A stretch of 64,000 nucleotides of DNA, taken from the human T2T-CHM13v2.0 reference genome, Homo sapiens. A program made the translations under genes and the position numbers. This document shows, piece after piece, positions 26,703 through 41,982 of this stretch. Each line of letters starts with the position of its first letter. Position 1 is the first letter of the stretch. The notes beneath the pieces were generated by a model. The model did no database searches, was not told the DNA's origin, and worked only from the letters and a program-made list of their open reading frames with translations. The DNA lies in NCBI RefSeq assembly GCF_009914755.1, contig NC_060932.1; one strand, given 5' to 3'.

Positions 26703-27540
26703 TGCTTTAGTTTCCTGTTGCTGCTGTAACATATTATCACAACCTTAGTGGCTTAAAGCAACACATATTTATTATCTTACAGCTCTGGAGGTCAGAAATC
26801 TGCAATGGGTCTCACTGTGCTAAAATTGAATGTCAAATGGGCAGTGTTCTTTCTGTAGGGGATAATCTGTTTCCTCGCCTTTTCCAGCTTTCAGAGGCCA
26901 CCTGCACATCTTGGCTCATGGCCTCTTCCTCCATATTCTAAGTCTGCCATCACATCACTCCAACTTTTACTCCCATCCTCCAATCTTCTATTTTTTTTCT
27001 TTTTTGAGATAGAGTCTTGCTCCCCTTCCCAGGCTGGAATACAGTAGCATGATCTCAGCACACTGCAACCTCCACCTCCTGGGTTCAAGTGATTCTCATG
27101 CCTCAGCCTTCAGAGTAGGCATTCTTGTGCCTCAGCCTCCAGATCCCAGGCCTGGGATCACAGACGTGTGCCACTATGCCCAGCTAATTTTTTTTTCTTT
27201 TGTAGTTTTGGCAGAGACAGGGTTTCACCATGTTGGCCAGGCTGGTCTCGAACTCCTGACCTCAAGTGATCTGCCCACCTCAGCCTCCCAACAGGCTTGA
27301 GCCACCGCACCTGACCCCAATCTCCTTTTCTGACTCTGACTCTTCTACTTCCCTCTTTTACTTATAAGGACACTTATGATTTCACTAGACCCACTCAGAA
27401 AATCCAGGACAATCTCCTCATCTCAAGATCCTTAGCTTAATCCCATCTGCAAAGTCCTTTTTTCTGTGTAAGGTAACACTCACAGGTTCCAAGAATTAGG
27501 ATGTGGCCATCTTTGAGGGCCATTACTCTACTTATTACAA
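26703..27540 (-). mobile_element. MLT1C-type LTR interrupted by an Alu
   Basis: TAGTTTCCTGTTGCTGCTGTAAC...GGCTTAAAGCAACAC; resumes after 27316 with CTTATAAGGAC...CATCTCAAGATCC. Confidence 0.82.
26991..27316 (-). mobile_element. AluS SINE with internal duplication
   Basis: Antisense dimer; ATTCT..TGCCTCAGCCT.CAGA occurs twice; TSD CCAATCT(T/C)CT. Confidence 0.9.
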
Positions 27541-28329
27541 CTATTTTTTAGTATAAAGTAAGACAAATTAATATTAAGCCTGGAAATGAAGACTGAGGCC
27601 ATATCAAAATAAAGAACCTGGACTTCTCCAGTTAAGAAACAGGCAGAATTTATTTACTTTTGAAGTGGTACATTCACATGTCTTAACATTTGAAAGCTGT
27701 CATAAGGTACTGAGTAGAAATTTTCCCCTGTTCCCCAGCCATCCAGTTTCCCTCTCTGGAGCCAACAAATGTTACTTACCACTCTTTAATGTATTATTTT
27801 AGACATTATTCATATCTATATATTTTTACATTTTTACACAAATGGTAGCATAGTATAAAAAATTATTTGTAACTTTCTATTTTGGCCTCAACAATATAAA
27901 TTTGTAGATCATCCCACAGCAAAATGAAAAGACCTTCTTTATTCATCTCTGTGGATACATAGTATTTGATTTTATAGACCACTGGTTCTCAACATGGTTG
28001 TTTATTAGAATGACATGGGAGGATCTTGGAAAATCCCCAGGAGTTCCAGTTATCTATTTTTCTGTAATAAACCACCCCAAAACTTAGAAGCATAAAACCA
28101 TAATCATTTTATTATGCTTGAAATTTTTGGAGTCAATAATTTGGTCAGGGTATAGTAGGGACAACTTGTCTCTGCTCCACAGTGACTGAGGCCCTCAGCT
28201 ATGGTGGTTGAGATGGCAGGAGTGGCTCAGTTAGAGCTATATATATGGGGCCCTGGTTCTACAGCAGCTGAAGTCCTTGGTGATTGTCTATATCACGTCT
28301 GCTGGTGGTGCAATGTCCAAGAACGCTTC

Positions 28330-30934
<2,605 letters not shown>

Positions 30935-31005
30935 GTTTCCTTACTCACTTGCCTGCTTCCTGGACCACTTAGCCATGTGGGCTGTAACAGCTGGGGATAG
31001 ATGGG

Positions 31006-31082
31006 TCTCTCTTTCTCTCTCTCTGTCTCTCTCTCTCTGTGTCTCTGTGTGTGTGTCTGTGTGTGTGTGTGTGTGTGTGTGT
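31006..31082. repeat. (CT)n-(GT)n compound microsatellite
   Basis: Read directly from the sequence. Confidence 0.95.
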
Positions 31083-32644
31083 CTTCCTCTCCCTCGGCAG
31101 CTAACTTGGGCTTCCTCACAGCATGGTGGTCTCAGGGTAGTTGAATTTATTACATAGCAGCTGACTCACCCCAGAGCTAAAGTTTCAAGAGGCCAGTGCA
31201 GAAGCTACAAAGCTTCTTATGCCTTAGCCTTGGAGGTCCCAGACCATCTCTTCAACCACATTCTGTTAGTCAAGCAAATCCCTAAGCAAGCCCAGATTTG
31301 AGGGAAAGGAAATTAGACTCCACTTCTGAATAGGAGGAAAATTTGTAATCACCTTAATGTACCACACCCAGGTGACCTGAATGTGCAGCCAGGCTTGAAA
31401 ACCAGTTTTAGATCCACCATAACTTATTGTCCATCAAGACACCGTTGATGGATACGCAGGCTGCTTCAGACTTTTTGCTATTGTAAGCAACACAGCACTC
31501 AACAAGTACTCCAGTCATCATTTCACACATGAGCAAGTAGGTCTGGAGGGCACATTGGGAGAAGTGAAACTGGTGGATTAAAGATTTGGTACTGGAAGTT
31601 TCTGAGCTGTAAAGTGGCACAATCAGGGCTGAACTTTAGGAATTCCAATCTGTCCGCACCACCCAGGGCTGAGCAGTGGGACGGGATGGCTGCTGGCAGA
31701 GAGACCAGGCTTCATGTTGTCAGACTAGTTGGGATAGAGATCATAAAGTGGAAGCACAGATAGGAAGGAACAGAGGGAAGGGATCGTCAAAATGCAGTCA
31801 TCCTCTTTAGCAAGTGCTGGAAGACAGAAGTTAATTTGGTGATGAACTTGATGATACGGATGATATGTATCATGACCACACAGTGGTCATGACAGGTTTC
31901 TTGGAAGAAGTGAGACTGGAGATGGAGCATTCAGGATGAGGAGAATTTTAATAGCAAGAAAAAAGGAAGACAGCCTTTTCACTGGCATTTCATTTGGTGC
32001 TGTTGGAAGATATGGAGAAAGCTCTGTTTTGAGATAGATTATCCAACTCAAGCACATCAGGTTTAGCCAGTGCCTGTCACACAGCAAGTGCTCAAAAACA
32101 GGATGTACTATTCCTACTAACAGCAAGTAATTCCTATTAAAATTCCTTAATATATTAGAACATGACTTTTGGTGACAATTATGATTGCTCTCATTATTTC
32201 TAAACAGGTGCATGTGCCATGGGAAAAGCTTTGGCTGGGCCGTAGATTCATCACCCATCGGCCCAATCTGGAGCAGATGGTGGTTTCTCCTGCATAATGT
32301 CCTACAGCCACCATTGGTCTCTCTCCCTTACATGGGAACATTGGAGGGAATTGATGCTGTCTGGACAGAGACATCCCTAGAATTCCATTCTTGACCTACT
32401 ATCACCCTTCCAGCCCTAGTACTTATCTCCATGTCACCCCAAAGCTGAGAACATGAGCTGCTTTTCTTTGGGGATGCATTAACAGAAGAGTCTTCAGAGC
32501 AAGTATCGAATGAGTCCTACTGTATTCTGGGCTGGAAAGACCTTAACTAATAAATAGTTTCCATTCTAGGTGATAAAAAATAACAACAACAAAACCTAAT
32601 ATCTGGATACTACATTATGATATAGCTAATCCTACTCAACCTTT

Positions 32645-33520
32645 GGGTGTCAGTTAAAAGTCACTTCTTCCAGGAAGTCCTCCCTGACAACCCTGAGACT
32701 GTTCACGTGCCCCAGTATGCACTTTCTTACACCCTGGAGCTCCCTTGCCATAGCAATTAACACACTGTTGTTATTCTTGCTTATGTGTCCACCTCTGCAG
32801 TGGAGAAACTCTAAGGTAACCCCCAGTAATTTTTGCCCCCTACTCTTCGTTCCTTGATATATTCCCCCCTGGAGGGTGGAGAGGACCTGTGTCTTGATTC
32901 TAACCAATAAGGTGATGGAATGTCATCCCCAGTATTATGATATGTTTGACTCCATTTCAGGAAACTGGAGCAAGAGACCCTCCTTGCTGGCTGATTGAAG
33001 TAAGTGGTCAGGTTGGAGAAGCCCATGTGGCAAGGAACTGCAGGAGGCCTCTTTGTTTCTGTGGGTGGTCTCCAGGACCTGAGGGTGGAATCCAGCCAAC
33101 AGCTATCCAGAAGCTGGGACCTGCAGACATACTATGGTAGGAAAGTCAATTCTACTAACAGCCTAAATGAACATGGAAGCAGACTTTTTCCCCAGGCAAG
33201 CTTCTAGTTGAGAACTCAGCTCAGTGATACCCTGACTACAACCCTATAAGATCCTGAACAGAGAAGCCAGCTAAGCCAGACCCAGACTCCTGCCTCAGAG
33301 AAACTGTGAGACAATAGAGTATGTTGTTTTAAGCCTCTAAGTTTGTGGTCATTTGTGATGCAGCAATAGAAAACTAACACATTCCCCCACTAGATGCATG
33401 CTCTCTGAGGGTGAGACCACATCCATATTACCCCTCACTGTACTCCCAGCAGGTCACACCTTGCCTGGCACATAGTAGGTGCTCAAGAAATATTTTCTGG
33501 ATGAATGATTGAATGAATGA
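32645..33520 (+). mobile_element. L2 3' end interrupted by an MLT1 LTR
   Basis: GTCACTTCTTCCAGGAAGTCCTCCCTGAC; resumes CCCCACTAGA...GCCTGGCACATAGTAGGTGCTCAA...(TGAA)n. Confidence 0.75.
32796..33381 (+). mobile_element. MLT1F/E-type LTR
   Basis: ACTCTAAGGTAACCCCC start; TGTTGTTTTAAGCCTCTAAGTTTGTGG...GCAGCAATAGAAAACTAACACA end. Confidence 0.8.
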
Positions 33521-34879
33521 AGCTGCATCAGTCTTACAATATTTACAATCACTCCATAAGGAGGATTATTTTAATTCAAGTTTTACTAAGACTGAGAAAA
33601 AATAAGTGACACATCCAAGAATATCCAAGATTTACATAGAAAGAGAAGAGGTGGGACCTAAACTAGCATCTCCTGGGACCAAATCCCAAGTTCATTCATT
33701 AAAATCACAGCTATAAGAACAGTGTTGGCTTTCCACCTTGACAGAGCTGATAGAAGCTTACACAAATAATTGTACCTCACTCATACCCAGAACAGACATC
33801 ACTAATCAATCACAATACTCTTTTAGGTGAAGTTCATCTTCTAAACTAAACCTTCTCAACTCAGGATTTCAGTAGCCACAGCAGTTGACCACATCTGGCC
33901 AAGGAGAGGAAACCTACTCGTCATCCAAATGCTAACCTGCTAGTTAGTTAGAATCTATACCTCCATGTAACTGAATGTAGAATCCATTCCCAGCAATGTC
34001 TGGGAAAACTATGAAAGAAAGAAGAGTCTGAGCATAGAAAGGAGTAGGATTTGGGAGAAGAAGAGTCAAGAAAAGAGGTTGGGGTAGGGAAAAACAAAAC
34101 AAGAAACAGTGTTTCTAGAACCTTCTCTTCAGAGGAAAGCCTCTCACCATTTTCAGGCAAGAAATTCCACTAATGATGCATGCTACAGCTGGATTCTCTT
34201 GTGGCTGAATTCCCTGAGTCAGCTGATGAATTCTTCCTTGTATAGTAATTGGCTACAGCAATTAGATTCCCTTTTTTATTATTCGTATTGCCGTGACATA
34301 TTCCGACTTCTCTCTAAAAATCCAGCTGATGACCGCAACAAGAGTGCAATGGATTGAATATTTGCCATGAATGATATTTTCATTGTTTTGACAATTAAGG
34401 TGTATGTTTGCCTGAGGGACTACAGTTATGATATATTAAACATTAATCTCCAGAAATGAAAGCCAACTGTTTGAACAAGAAGTACGTATGCTGCCATAAA
34501 AGTGATGGAGCCTAAAAGTAAAAACAGATTGAAAAGTGAGGAAAACAGTCAATGAATTAGTTGTTTGGTTTTTACTTTCTTTATTTGTTAATAAATTGAT
34601 TAAATCCATTTTTCCCTAGGCATTGCATAGACCAGGGTTATCAAATACATTGTGCTGACAGTACCATCTATCTTGGCCATGGCAGGCATTACTAATTAAT
34701 CACATCTTTCTTTTCTCCCTGAGCCCCAGCTTGGTCTTGGAAACCATCCCACTATGGAGCTCCAGGCAGCCAATATTAATCTATCATTTTGGATCTCAGG
34801 GCAGAACTCCTTGCCATCCAAGACTACAAACACAGCCCCAACTCACAAGTTATCAAGCAGAAAGCAGTAAAGTTTTAGG

Positions 34880-35075
34880 ATTAAGATGGGCACAGACACT
34901 GGACTCAGAGTGCCTGGATTTGAAGCCCACTTCTGCTATTTACCAGCCCTTCCATGCCTGTGTTGTCATCTGTAAAATGGGGATACTAATAGCATCTGCA
35001 TCATAGAACTACAATGATGATTAAACGAATGAAAATACAAGTGTTGGAAGAGTAGCTGGCAAACATAAGCACCGA
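34880..35075 (+). mobile_element. MIR SINE
   Basis: CTGGACTCAGAGTGCCTGGATTTGAAGCCC...CATCTGTAAAATGGGGATACTAATAG. Confidence 0.65.
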
Positions 35076-35698
35076 TCTTTCTTATATTTGGATAGTTTGA
35101 TTTCCTTCATTCTCTGTGCAAAATCTAGCTCTCCTATGAGGTTATAAGCTCCTCAAAAGCAAGTGCCATGATTTTTCCTTCTTTGCATCTCCACCACTTA
35201 ATACACAATAGGAGCTGAGTCTCTATTTGTTAAATTGTTGAATCAGACTCTTCCAGCCAGACTGGCACACTCACTATCCCATCCCCTTTTATTGGAGATT
35301 TCTGCCTCCTTCCATCACTCTCTTCCATCACTTCCCACCTCCTCCATTCCTTTAAGGCTCCACATTATCTCTTCCCCTCTTCCACTCTCCCCACCTCAAT
35401 CCCATCCCACAAATATTCACCTGTTTCCTACCCATCCTTTAGAGCCTACCTGGTTGGAGTAGTCATTATTTCATTCACCAAATAGTTCCAGCTCTCTGCC
35501 TTCTAGGCACATAGCAGAATTTTACTTCCTGCTTTTCTCCCTATGGTCAGCTGAGGCCATAGGAAGAGTCTGACACATGAGTGGAGAATTTGGTTGCTGG
35601 TGTGAGGCCCTGCCAATCTCAAATCTCTCTTCTGTCACCAACAGGGCTCCCATCGGCAGCTGCCCCATCAGTTCAGTTTATAGTGATCATGAATTGAG

Positions 35699-36563
35699 TA
35701 ATATTGTTTGGCTGTGTTCCCACCCAAATCTCAACTTGAATTGTATCTCTCAGAATTCCCATGTGCTGTGGGAGGGAACCAGGAAGAGGTAATTGAATCA
35801 TGGAGGCCAATTTTTCCCCTGCTAATGGTGAATAAGTTTCACAAGATCTGATGGGTTTATCAGGAGTTTCCACTTTTGCTTCTTCCTCGTTTTCTCTTGC
35901 CACTGCCATGCAAGCAGTGCCTTTTGCCTTCCACCATGATTCTGAGGCCTCCCCAGCCATATGGAGCTGTAAGTCCAATTAAACCTCTTTTCCCTTCCCA
36001 GTCTTGGATATGTCTTTGTCAGCAGCGTGAAAGCAGACTAATACAGTAAATTGATACCAGTAGAGTGGGGCGCTGCTGAAAAGATATCCGAAAATGTGGA
36101 AGCAACTTTGGAACTAGGTAAGAGGCAGAGGTCGGAACAGTTTGGAGGGCTCAGAAGAAATAAGAAAATGTGGGAAAGTTTCAAACCTCCTAGAGACTTG
36201 TTGAATGGCTTTGACAAAAATGCTGATAGTAATATGAACAATAAGGTCTGGCTGAGGTGGTCTCAGAGGGAGATAAGGAACTTGTTGGGAACTGGAGCAA
36301 AGGTGATTCTTGTTATGTTTTAGCCAAGAGACTGCTATTCTCGTGATAGTAAATTTCACAAGATCTGATGGGTTTATCAGGGGTTTCTGCTTTCGCTTCT
36401 TCCTCATTTTCTCTTGCTGCCACCGTGTTAGAAGAGTCTTTCATCTCCCAACATGATTCTGAGGCCACCCAAGCCATGTGGAACTGTAAGTTCAATTAAA
36501 CCTCTTTTTTCCTTCTCAGTCTCGAGTATGTCTTTATTAGCAGTGTGAAAATGGACTAATACA
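35699..36563 (+). mobile_element. Internally deleted THE1A (5' LTR 35699-36045, internal 36046-36334, truncated 3' LTR to 36563)
   Basis: THE1A LTR signature; internal GTAAATTGATACC...GAGACTG fused to LTR TGCTATTCTCGTGATAG. Confidence 0.92.
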
Positions 36564-37278
36564 GTGGGGCAGAGCCACTAGTACACCAATCATGGGCTAA
36601 TCGCATGAATGAGAAATAAATCTTTGTTTTTTAAGCCATCAAAGTTTGTTGTTATTGTTGTTTTTCTGCACCATCATTTAATCTATCCTGATGGATACAG
36701 TACCTGAAGTTCAGCATCCTCCTTTAAGCCCGTTCCAGCTACCCTGACCCACAACAATTTCTTCCAAAGGATAGGAAAAAAAAATCTTAATTCACTTTTA
36801 TCCCGGAACCTAACATAAGAGTCTTGCGCGTAGTTAGTGCTCATTAAAAGACTGTTGCAGAAATGAGCAGCTGTTAAACTCTGAGCCTCCAGTTTCCCAC
36901 CTGTAAAACAGGAAAATCAATTTCTTGCATTCCATACTTTGCAGACCTATTGTGGGGGCTCAGCTGGAATTATGTGTAACAAAGTGCTCTGTGAACTATA
37001 AAATGACGGACATCTCAAACATTATTATTAGATGATAAACTACTGAGAAATATTCTCAGAATTCATTCATTTGTCATGTACCTGGCACTATTCCAATTTG
37101 ATAATGAATTGCCTCCACACACACAATTCTTGAACTCTGCTGCTGTTTTTAAACTCAGGAATGATGATGATAGCCAACCCCTATTGAATGGTCAATATAC
37201 AGGCACTGACCTGGGTGCTTCCCATGCCGTTATCACTTACAAGCCTCAGTCATAGTAAAAAGAAATGATTTGGATAGT

Positions 37279-37355
37279 TTGATTCCCTTGTTCTCTACAA
37301 CAGTAACCCCTCAACATTGATTCCCTTTGTCCTCTGCTACAGTAACTCCTCAACA
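37279..37355. repeat. 38/39-bp tandem duplication over the MER82 terminus
   Basis: TTGATTCCCTT...CAGTAAC.CCTCAACA at 37279-37316 and 37317-37355. Confidence 0.85.
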
Positions 37356-37678
37356 TTGTCAATAGGTTCTTGGAAACTGTGACTTTAAGCGAAACAGCAA
37401 AACAGCATATAATGAAACCAATTTCATCACAGGCTAATTGATACAAACAAGAGTTATGTTCCTATGCCATATTTCTGGACACAGAAATCTCGCCAAACTT
37501 ATAAATAAAGACCTAAAACACTTGTAATATTAAACATTGTAATAAATGTGAGCTATACAGCCAGGAGCAGTGGCTTACACCTGCAATCCCAGCACTTTGG
37601 GAGGCTGAGGCTGGCAAATTGCTTGAGCCCAGGAGCTCAAGAGCAACCTGGGCAACATAGCAAAACCCCACCCCTACA

Positions 37679-37730
<52 letters not shown>

Positions 37731-38294
37731 AAAAAATTAGCTGGGTGTGGTGGTGAACACCTAGAGTCCCAGCTACCCAGGAGGCTGAGATGGGAGGACC
37801 GCTTAAACCTGGGAGGTCAAGGCTGTAGTGAGATATGATTGTGCCACTGCACTCCAGCCTGGGCGATGAAGAGACCCTGTCTCAACAACAACAGCAACAA
37901 AATGTGAGCTATAGATATATTTAAGAAGCTTAATAAAAGCAAGTAAGATAATTGTTTGGCCAATTGTTCCAGCTCAGAGTCACCAGTAGGCGGTTGAGGG
38001 CACAAGATGGGAACCAAGCCTGGACAGGGCACCATTCCCTCACAGGGTATAGTCACACCCACACCCAAACCCACTCATACTGGGACCATGTAGACACACC
38101 AATTCACCTCATGTGCACATCTTTAGGATGTGGGAGGAAACCCTAGTACCTGGAGAAAACCCACATAGACATTGGGAAAATATGCAAATTCCACACAAAC
38201 AGTGGACCCAGCCAGGAGTCAATTTTTTTTCCCCATCAATGTTATAACAAAACAACGTTGAACAAATGAAACAAAGTTAGTGGAGAACCTGCTG
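37340..38294 (+). mobile_element. MER82 (TcMar-Tigger) interrupted by AluJ
   Basis: TA-CAGTAACTCCTC...ATAGGTTCTTGGAAACTGTGACTTTAAGCGAAAC; GGGAGGAAACC...GGAGAAAACCCAC; ends ACCTGCTG-TA. Confidence 0.8.
37559..37899 (+). mobile_element. AluJ SINE with A(n)(TA)n expansion in the central linker
   Basis: TTGCTTGAGCCCAGGAG, GGTCAAGGCTG; (TA)n at about 37696-37727; TSD AAATGTGAGCTATA at 37544-37557 and 37900-37913. Confidence 0.92.
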
Positions 38295-38344
38295 TATGTG
38301 GCTATTTTACAGACAGCAAAACCAAGGTTTAAAAGTGCTAAGTT

Positions 38345-38377
38345 GCCGGGCGTGGTGGCTTATGCCTGTAATCCCAG
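38345..38377 (+). mobile_element. 33-bp Alu monomer-start remnant within an antisense MIR
   Basis: GCCGGGCGTGGTGGCTTATGCCTGTAATCCCAG with no body or tail. Confidence 0.75.
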
Positions 38378-39214
38378 GTGCAAACCTAGAGCTGCTGGAC
38401 TCTAAAACCCATGTGCTTGGCCACCCTGTCACACTGCCACTCTCATGGAAGAGGGCCTCGAGGCCTGCTTCTGAAGTCTTTAAACCACAGCCCTCTGAAC
38501 TTGGGATCTGACAGGGCCTTGCGGCTCTCAGAGCCCTAGTGGGAAACAACATAACCCTACCAGGTAACAACTGTGGCCACCATTGTGGACAAGCCCCGAG
38601 AGACCACTCATGTCTATTTAACTTCCCTGTCACAGAGCGTCATACACCGCCAGGCCCAGACAGATACTTAATATGTCCCTGTGATGAAAATCTATGTAGC
38701 TGGAAAAGTATTCATTTTCCCTGCACCTACCTAATATTTGATGCCGACACTGAGCCGGCTGGAGGCAAGCAACAAGAATGATTTAATAAAAGTGCAATTG
38801 AAACGCAAGGCAAAGGAGAGAAAGTGAGAAAGGCAGGCCAGGCAGCAGCTAAATGTTTGAAACCAAGGCTTTTATGTCTTTGAAACAGAATCCAGGAAAA
38901 TTGCTGCACCCTCTGTAGATGGCTGGAGGGCTTTTTCCTCTGGATGGTTGCTTCGTTTGGGAGCCTCCAATCTCTTGTCTCACAGGTTGGGAGTGTAGCC
39001 CTGAAGTCTCTGTGCAGCAGGGTGTGTGTGAATCAGTCTTGGGAGCTGGCACGGCCCTGGGCCTCGCGTGGAGTCCAGGCCAGGCTCTGACACACTGAGG
39101 AGAGTTGAAACGAGAGTGGGTGTTTGCTGACAAGCAGCTTCATGGGAACGCTCTCCTTGGCATTTCTCAGTGCTGAATCAGGGAGAAAAGTTGGGCAGAT
39201 TGCCTGTGAGGCTC

Positions 39215-39216
<2 letters not shown>

Positions 39217-39268
<52 letters not shown>

Positions 39269-39276
39269 AAGAGAGA
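39217..39276. repeat. (CA)n-(GA)n microsatellite
   Basis: Read directly from the sequence. Confidence 0.97.
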
Positions 39277-39460
39277 GGAGGGAAGGCAGGACAGAGGGAG
39301 GAAGAACCAAGTCAGAGTTAGGAGAGCAAACACCACACAATGCAGTAATGGCAGTAGCAAAATTATCACTTCCTGAGGGTCTCCTGGGTGCTTTCAGTGA
39401 ACTCTCCCTGGGTGTCCTGGGGAAAGCTTTATGCATAAAGAAACCCCTGGGGGAACTTTA

Positions 39461-39787
<327 letters not shown>

Positions 39788-40132
39788 TCAGCTACCTGGT
39801 GGCTGAAACAGAATTCAAGTGCAAATCTAACAGCAAAGCTTGATGCTCTTACAAGTCTAAACCCTCAACCTACCCCACCTTGTATGACCCTTATCCTCCC
39901 CTCATCTTCTTCTTCCCACGAAGGTTAGCGGAAGCCAACCAAATGGGAAATAAAGCAGATGTTGTGAGTGGCTTTCACCTCCTCAGACAAACTGGGCGGA
40001 AGTGAGCAGCCTCCAAACACAGGAGTCCAGGTGGGCCTTGGTCAGCACTGCATGGGGCAATCCTACACCTGACTCTAATGGAGAGAGAAGAATCCAGATT
40101 TCCCTATTCTTCCCCATTTGTTTCATCTGGAG

Positions 40133-40491
40133 CAGTGCTGTCCCATAAAAATATAGCACAAGTCACATATTGTAATTATGACTTTCTAGTAACCACATTT
40201 TTAAAAGGAAGAGGAAAAAGGTGAAATTAATTTTAATAATACATTTCATTTAATCCAATATATTCAAAATAGTATATTTTCATTATTTAAAGTGTATTTA
40301 GAAGTATTATTATTTAAAAGTATCATTTTATTTCTTTAAAAGTATCATTATTTAAAAATTAACGAGCTATTTTACATTCTTTTTTCATTCTAAGTCTTCA
40401 AAATCCAGTATCCACTTTGCAATTAGAACACACCTCAGTTCAGACTAGCCTAAGTACATGTGGCTAGTGGCTACTGTGTTCGACAGGGCAG
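40133..40491 (+). mobile_element. MER33 (hAT-Charlie)
   Basis: CAGTGCTGTCC...GGTGAAATTAATTTTAATAAT...ATGTGGCTAGTGGCTAC...GACAGGGCAG. Confidence 0.85.
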
Positions 40492-40534
40492 GTCTATGGA
40501 ATACCAAAATATCCAGATGAACACAAGGGCAAAT

Positions 40535-40612
40535 CACATAACCACAAAGGATTCTGCATAACCAACAAAGGACTCCACATAACCAACAAACGACTCTACA
40601 TAATGAAAAGGG
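40535..40612. repeat. 21-bp minisatellite, about 3.5 units
   Basis: CACATAACCAACAAAGGACTC-like units starting at 40535, 40555, 40576 and 40597. Confidence 0.8.
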
Positions 40613-40614
40613 TT

Positions 40615-41670
40615 TTTAAATTACCATGTAGGAAAATTGACATATTGATGTATAGTTCTATGAATTTTAATACATGTAGATTCATATAACCTCCATCATA
40701 ATCAGGATACAGAGCAGTTCCATCATCCCAAAGAATTCTCTTGTGCTATCTTTTTACAGTCAAACCTTCCACCTTCCCCTAATCCCCTCATCCCCTGATG
40801 TCTAATCCCTGATCTGTTCCATACAAATGGGATCATACACTATGCAATGTTTTGAGGCAGGCTTCCTTCACTCAGCATATGCTTTTGATATTCCTGCAAG
40901 TTTACTGTGGGCATCCATAGTTCATTCCTTTTTATTACTGAGTAGCATTACTTGGTGTACATACCACAGTTTATCCATTCACCTGCTGGAGGACATTTAA
41001 ATTGCTTGGGATGATTATAAGTAGAGTTGCTATGAATATGTGTACAGGTTTTTCTGTGAACATAAGTATTCACTTCTTTAGGGTAAATAACCAGGAATAG
41101 GATTGCTGGGTCATATGGCAAATGTATCTTTTACTTTATAAGAAATTATCAAGTTGTCTTCCAGAGCAATTGACTTATTTTTTATTCCCACCAGTAACAT
41201 GTGAGAGTTTCATCTGCTCTGTATCCTTGTTAGCACTTGGTAGTATCAGTATTATTTATTTTAGCCATTCTGATAGGTAGGTAGTTGTATCTCATTATGG
41301 CTTTAAATCACTTTTCCCTAATAACTAATGATTTTGAGCATCTTTAATATGCTTTTTTGTCCCCCATATGTTCTCTTTGATTATATCTCTAAATCTTTCA
41401 CCTATTTTTAATTAGGTTATATATTTTCTGAGTTTTGAAAGTGTTTTGATATTCTAGATAGAAGTCCTTTGTTAGCTATATGATGTGCAAATATTTTCTC
41501 CTAGTCTGTAGCTTGATTTTTATTCTCTTAATATTGTCTCTCACAGAGCATAAGTTTTTATTTTGATTATGTCCAATATATTGATTTTTTTCTTTTATGG
41601 ATTGTGCTTTTGTTATTATGTGTAAGAACTCTTTTGTCTAACCTCACACCATGGATATTTTCTTATGTTT
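40615..41670 (-). mobile_element. L1M (L1MB/MC-like) 3' portion
   Basis: GGATTGCTGGGTCATATGG, TTATTCCCACCAG, TTTAGCCATTCTGATAGGT, GCAAATATTTTCTCC. Confidence 0.85.
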
Positions 41671-41982
41671 TTGAACAATAAATCACATGTGTAATAACCA
41701 AGGGGTTGTAAATATCTAAACAAATTTAACTGTGGGTTTTAGTTGTAAAAATCCACATTGTCATGAGAATTCATTAATTTTCCACATAGGTATGGAAAAT
41801 AAGTAAAAAGTAATCACTAGTAAAACAAAGATGAATAAGATATGGCCCAGAATAGTGGCCGCCATCAGTTGAACGTCTAGGGCCAATGGCTACATAAACA
41901 TCATCCATAACCTTCAGCCTGGCATTTCTATCCCCATTTTACAAGAGAGGAACCTGAAGCTTGCAAAGGTTAAGTAATTTTC

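Noticed and set aside
40535-40612. CRISPR-like short repeats
   Set aside because: The units are head-to-tail without unique spacers, so this is an ordinary minisatellite.
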